Of a stretch of DNA of 53,694 nucleotides, positions 53,223 through 53,694 are shown in pieces. The first letter of the stretch is position 1, and each line of letters starts with the position of its first letter. Made by a program: the position numbers and the translations under genes. Source of the DNA: a virus; the IMG/VR virus record IMGVR_UViG_3300025108_000005. The stretch is one strand, 5' to 3'. A model generated the notes under the pieces. That model ran no database searches and had not been told where the DNA came from. It saw only the letters and a list, made by a program, of their open reading frames with translations.

Positions 53223-53407
53223 TTTTCAGAACCTAACCACACGGCAAACGCGCCCGTCATGGCCCCCGAGCAGATGCTAATCATTGCGGATTGTTGCGTG
53301 GACAAATCATCCAAACTCATCCCCCACTCCAAAACGCGTATATACATGATCGTCATAACCAGCATCATAAGACGCGGCATGATCTTCCAAGCTAGTAATT
53401 TTTCCAT
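53219..53407 (-). CDS. Small two-TM membrane protein (holin/antiholin or spanin-like candidate)
   Basis: 62 aa with an ATGA overlap to the holin. Confidence 0.65.
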   Translation of the reverse strand: MEKLLAWKIMPRLMMLVMTIMYIRVLEWGMSLDDLSTQQSAMISICSGAMTGAFAVWLGSEK

Positions 53408-53408
53408 G

Positions 53409-53663
53409 TCAAACCTCTATGTTTAACTTTGTTCCCTGCGGTCTATCCGCATTAGTCTTGCGCCCAAATCTATCATAACTTTCCTGTAAGTCCAATCTTT
53501 GCTTTACGAGCGCCTCTAAGTGGCTGTGATTAGCCCTGTGTTCTTTCTCTACCCTCTGCTCCGCTAAATGCGTTTCTATGCGCTCACGCACTCTGGTTTG
53601 GGCGTGTATGTCGCTTCCCACATTAAACGGCGCGTTGCCCACTCCTGAAACACCGTCAGCCAT
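53409..53663 (-). CDS. Hypothetical soluble protein
   Basis: 84-aa ORF whose start overlaps the stop of the junction-spanning gene. Confidence 0.75.
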   Translation of the reverse strand: MADGVSGVGNAPFNVGSDIHAQTRVRERIETHLAEQRVEKEHRANHSHLEALVKQRLDLQESYDRFGRKTNADRPQGTKLNIEV

Positions 53664-53670
53664 CAGATGC

Positions 53671-53694
53671 GCCCCTGCTTCGCTAAAATTATAA
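53671..53694. repeat. Terminal overlap (copy of nt 1-24)
   Basis: Identical 24-mer. Confidence 0.95.

Noticed and set aside
1-53694. Integrase, repressor or attP lysogeny module; reverse transcriptase/DGR; DNA methyltransferase; tRNA genes
   Set aside because: I looked for the characteristic motifs (integrase R..HxxR..Y, RT YxDD, MTase DPPY/FxGxG) in all listed ORFs and found none. Absence cannot be proven without profile searches.

Overview
The window appears to be a complete, circularly closed dsDNA phage genome. Nt 1-24 are identical to nt 53671-53694, so the unit length is 53,670 bp, and one gene runs across the junction. About 90% of the coding is on the minus strand.

Layout:
- (i) 27.4 kb -> 0.67 kb: a long late/virion operon. 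It encodes a 1442-aa internal-virion-type protein with a lambda-R-like lytic transglycosylase domain, TerL, small basic proteins, portal, a GroES-like protein, scaffold, major capsid, adaptor-like and fibre proteins, and a 1255-aa beta-propeller-repeat fibre.
- (ii) Across the junction, 436 -> 1 / 53670 -> 52207: small membrane proteins, a 3-TM holin-like protein and a GH19 endolysin.
- (iii) 52.1 -> 45.1 kb: four large proteins, probably ejection/internal virion proteins.
- (iv) 44.9 -> 35.2 kb: a replication/recombination module with a DUF1064-like protein, ParB-like protein, Sak4-like ATPase, DUF669-like SSB, PD-(D/E)XK nucleases, an SF2 helicase and a Toprim/RecA-like primase-helicase. I recognised no DNA polymerase, RNA polymerase, integrase or repressor.
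- (v) 31.5 -> 34.7 kb: a plus-strand early operon with a GGCT-like enzyme, a DnaJ-type zinc-finger protein and a Fis-type HTH protein.
- (vi) 27.5-31.5 kb: an unusual control/accessory island rich in non-coding DNA. It holds a putative amidoligase, a three-gene cassette and an isolated terS.

The island packs in at least five unrelated repeat families:
- TAGGGTACCTTG iterons
- a 12-bp perfect palindrome, GAACAATTGTTC, present four times
- (G/C)CCCGAA heptamer and CCGGG arrays
- an ACGT-core array
- G8/C7 tracts

No tail tube or tape-measure gene was recognised, so the virion is probably podovirus-like. The GTA-type holin hints weakly at an alphaproteobacterial host.

All functional calls come from motifs I recognise by eye, with no HMM or BLAST run. 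Starts marked M in the supplied ORF track are often TTG/GTG, and I re-set many of them to SD-preceded ATGs.
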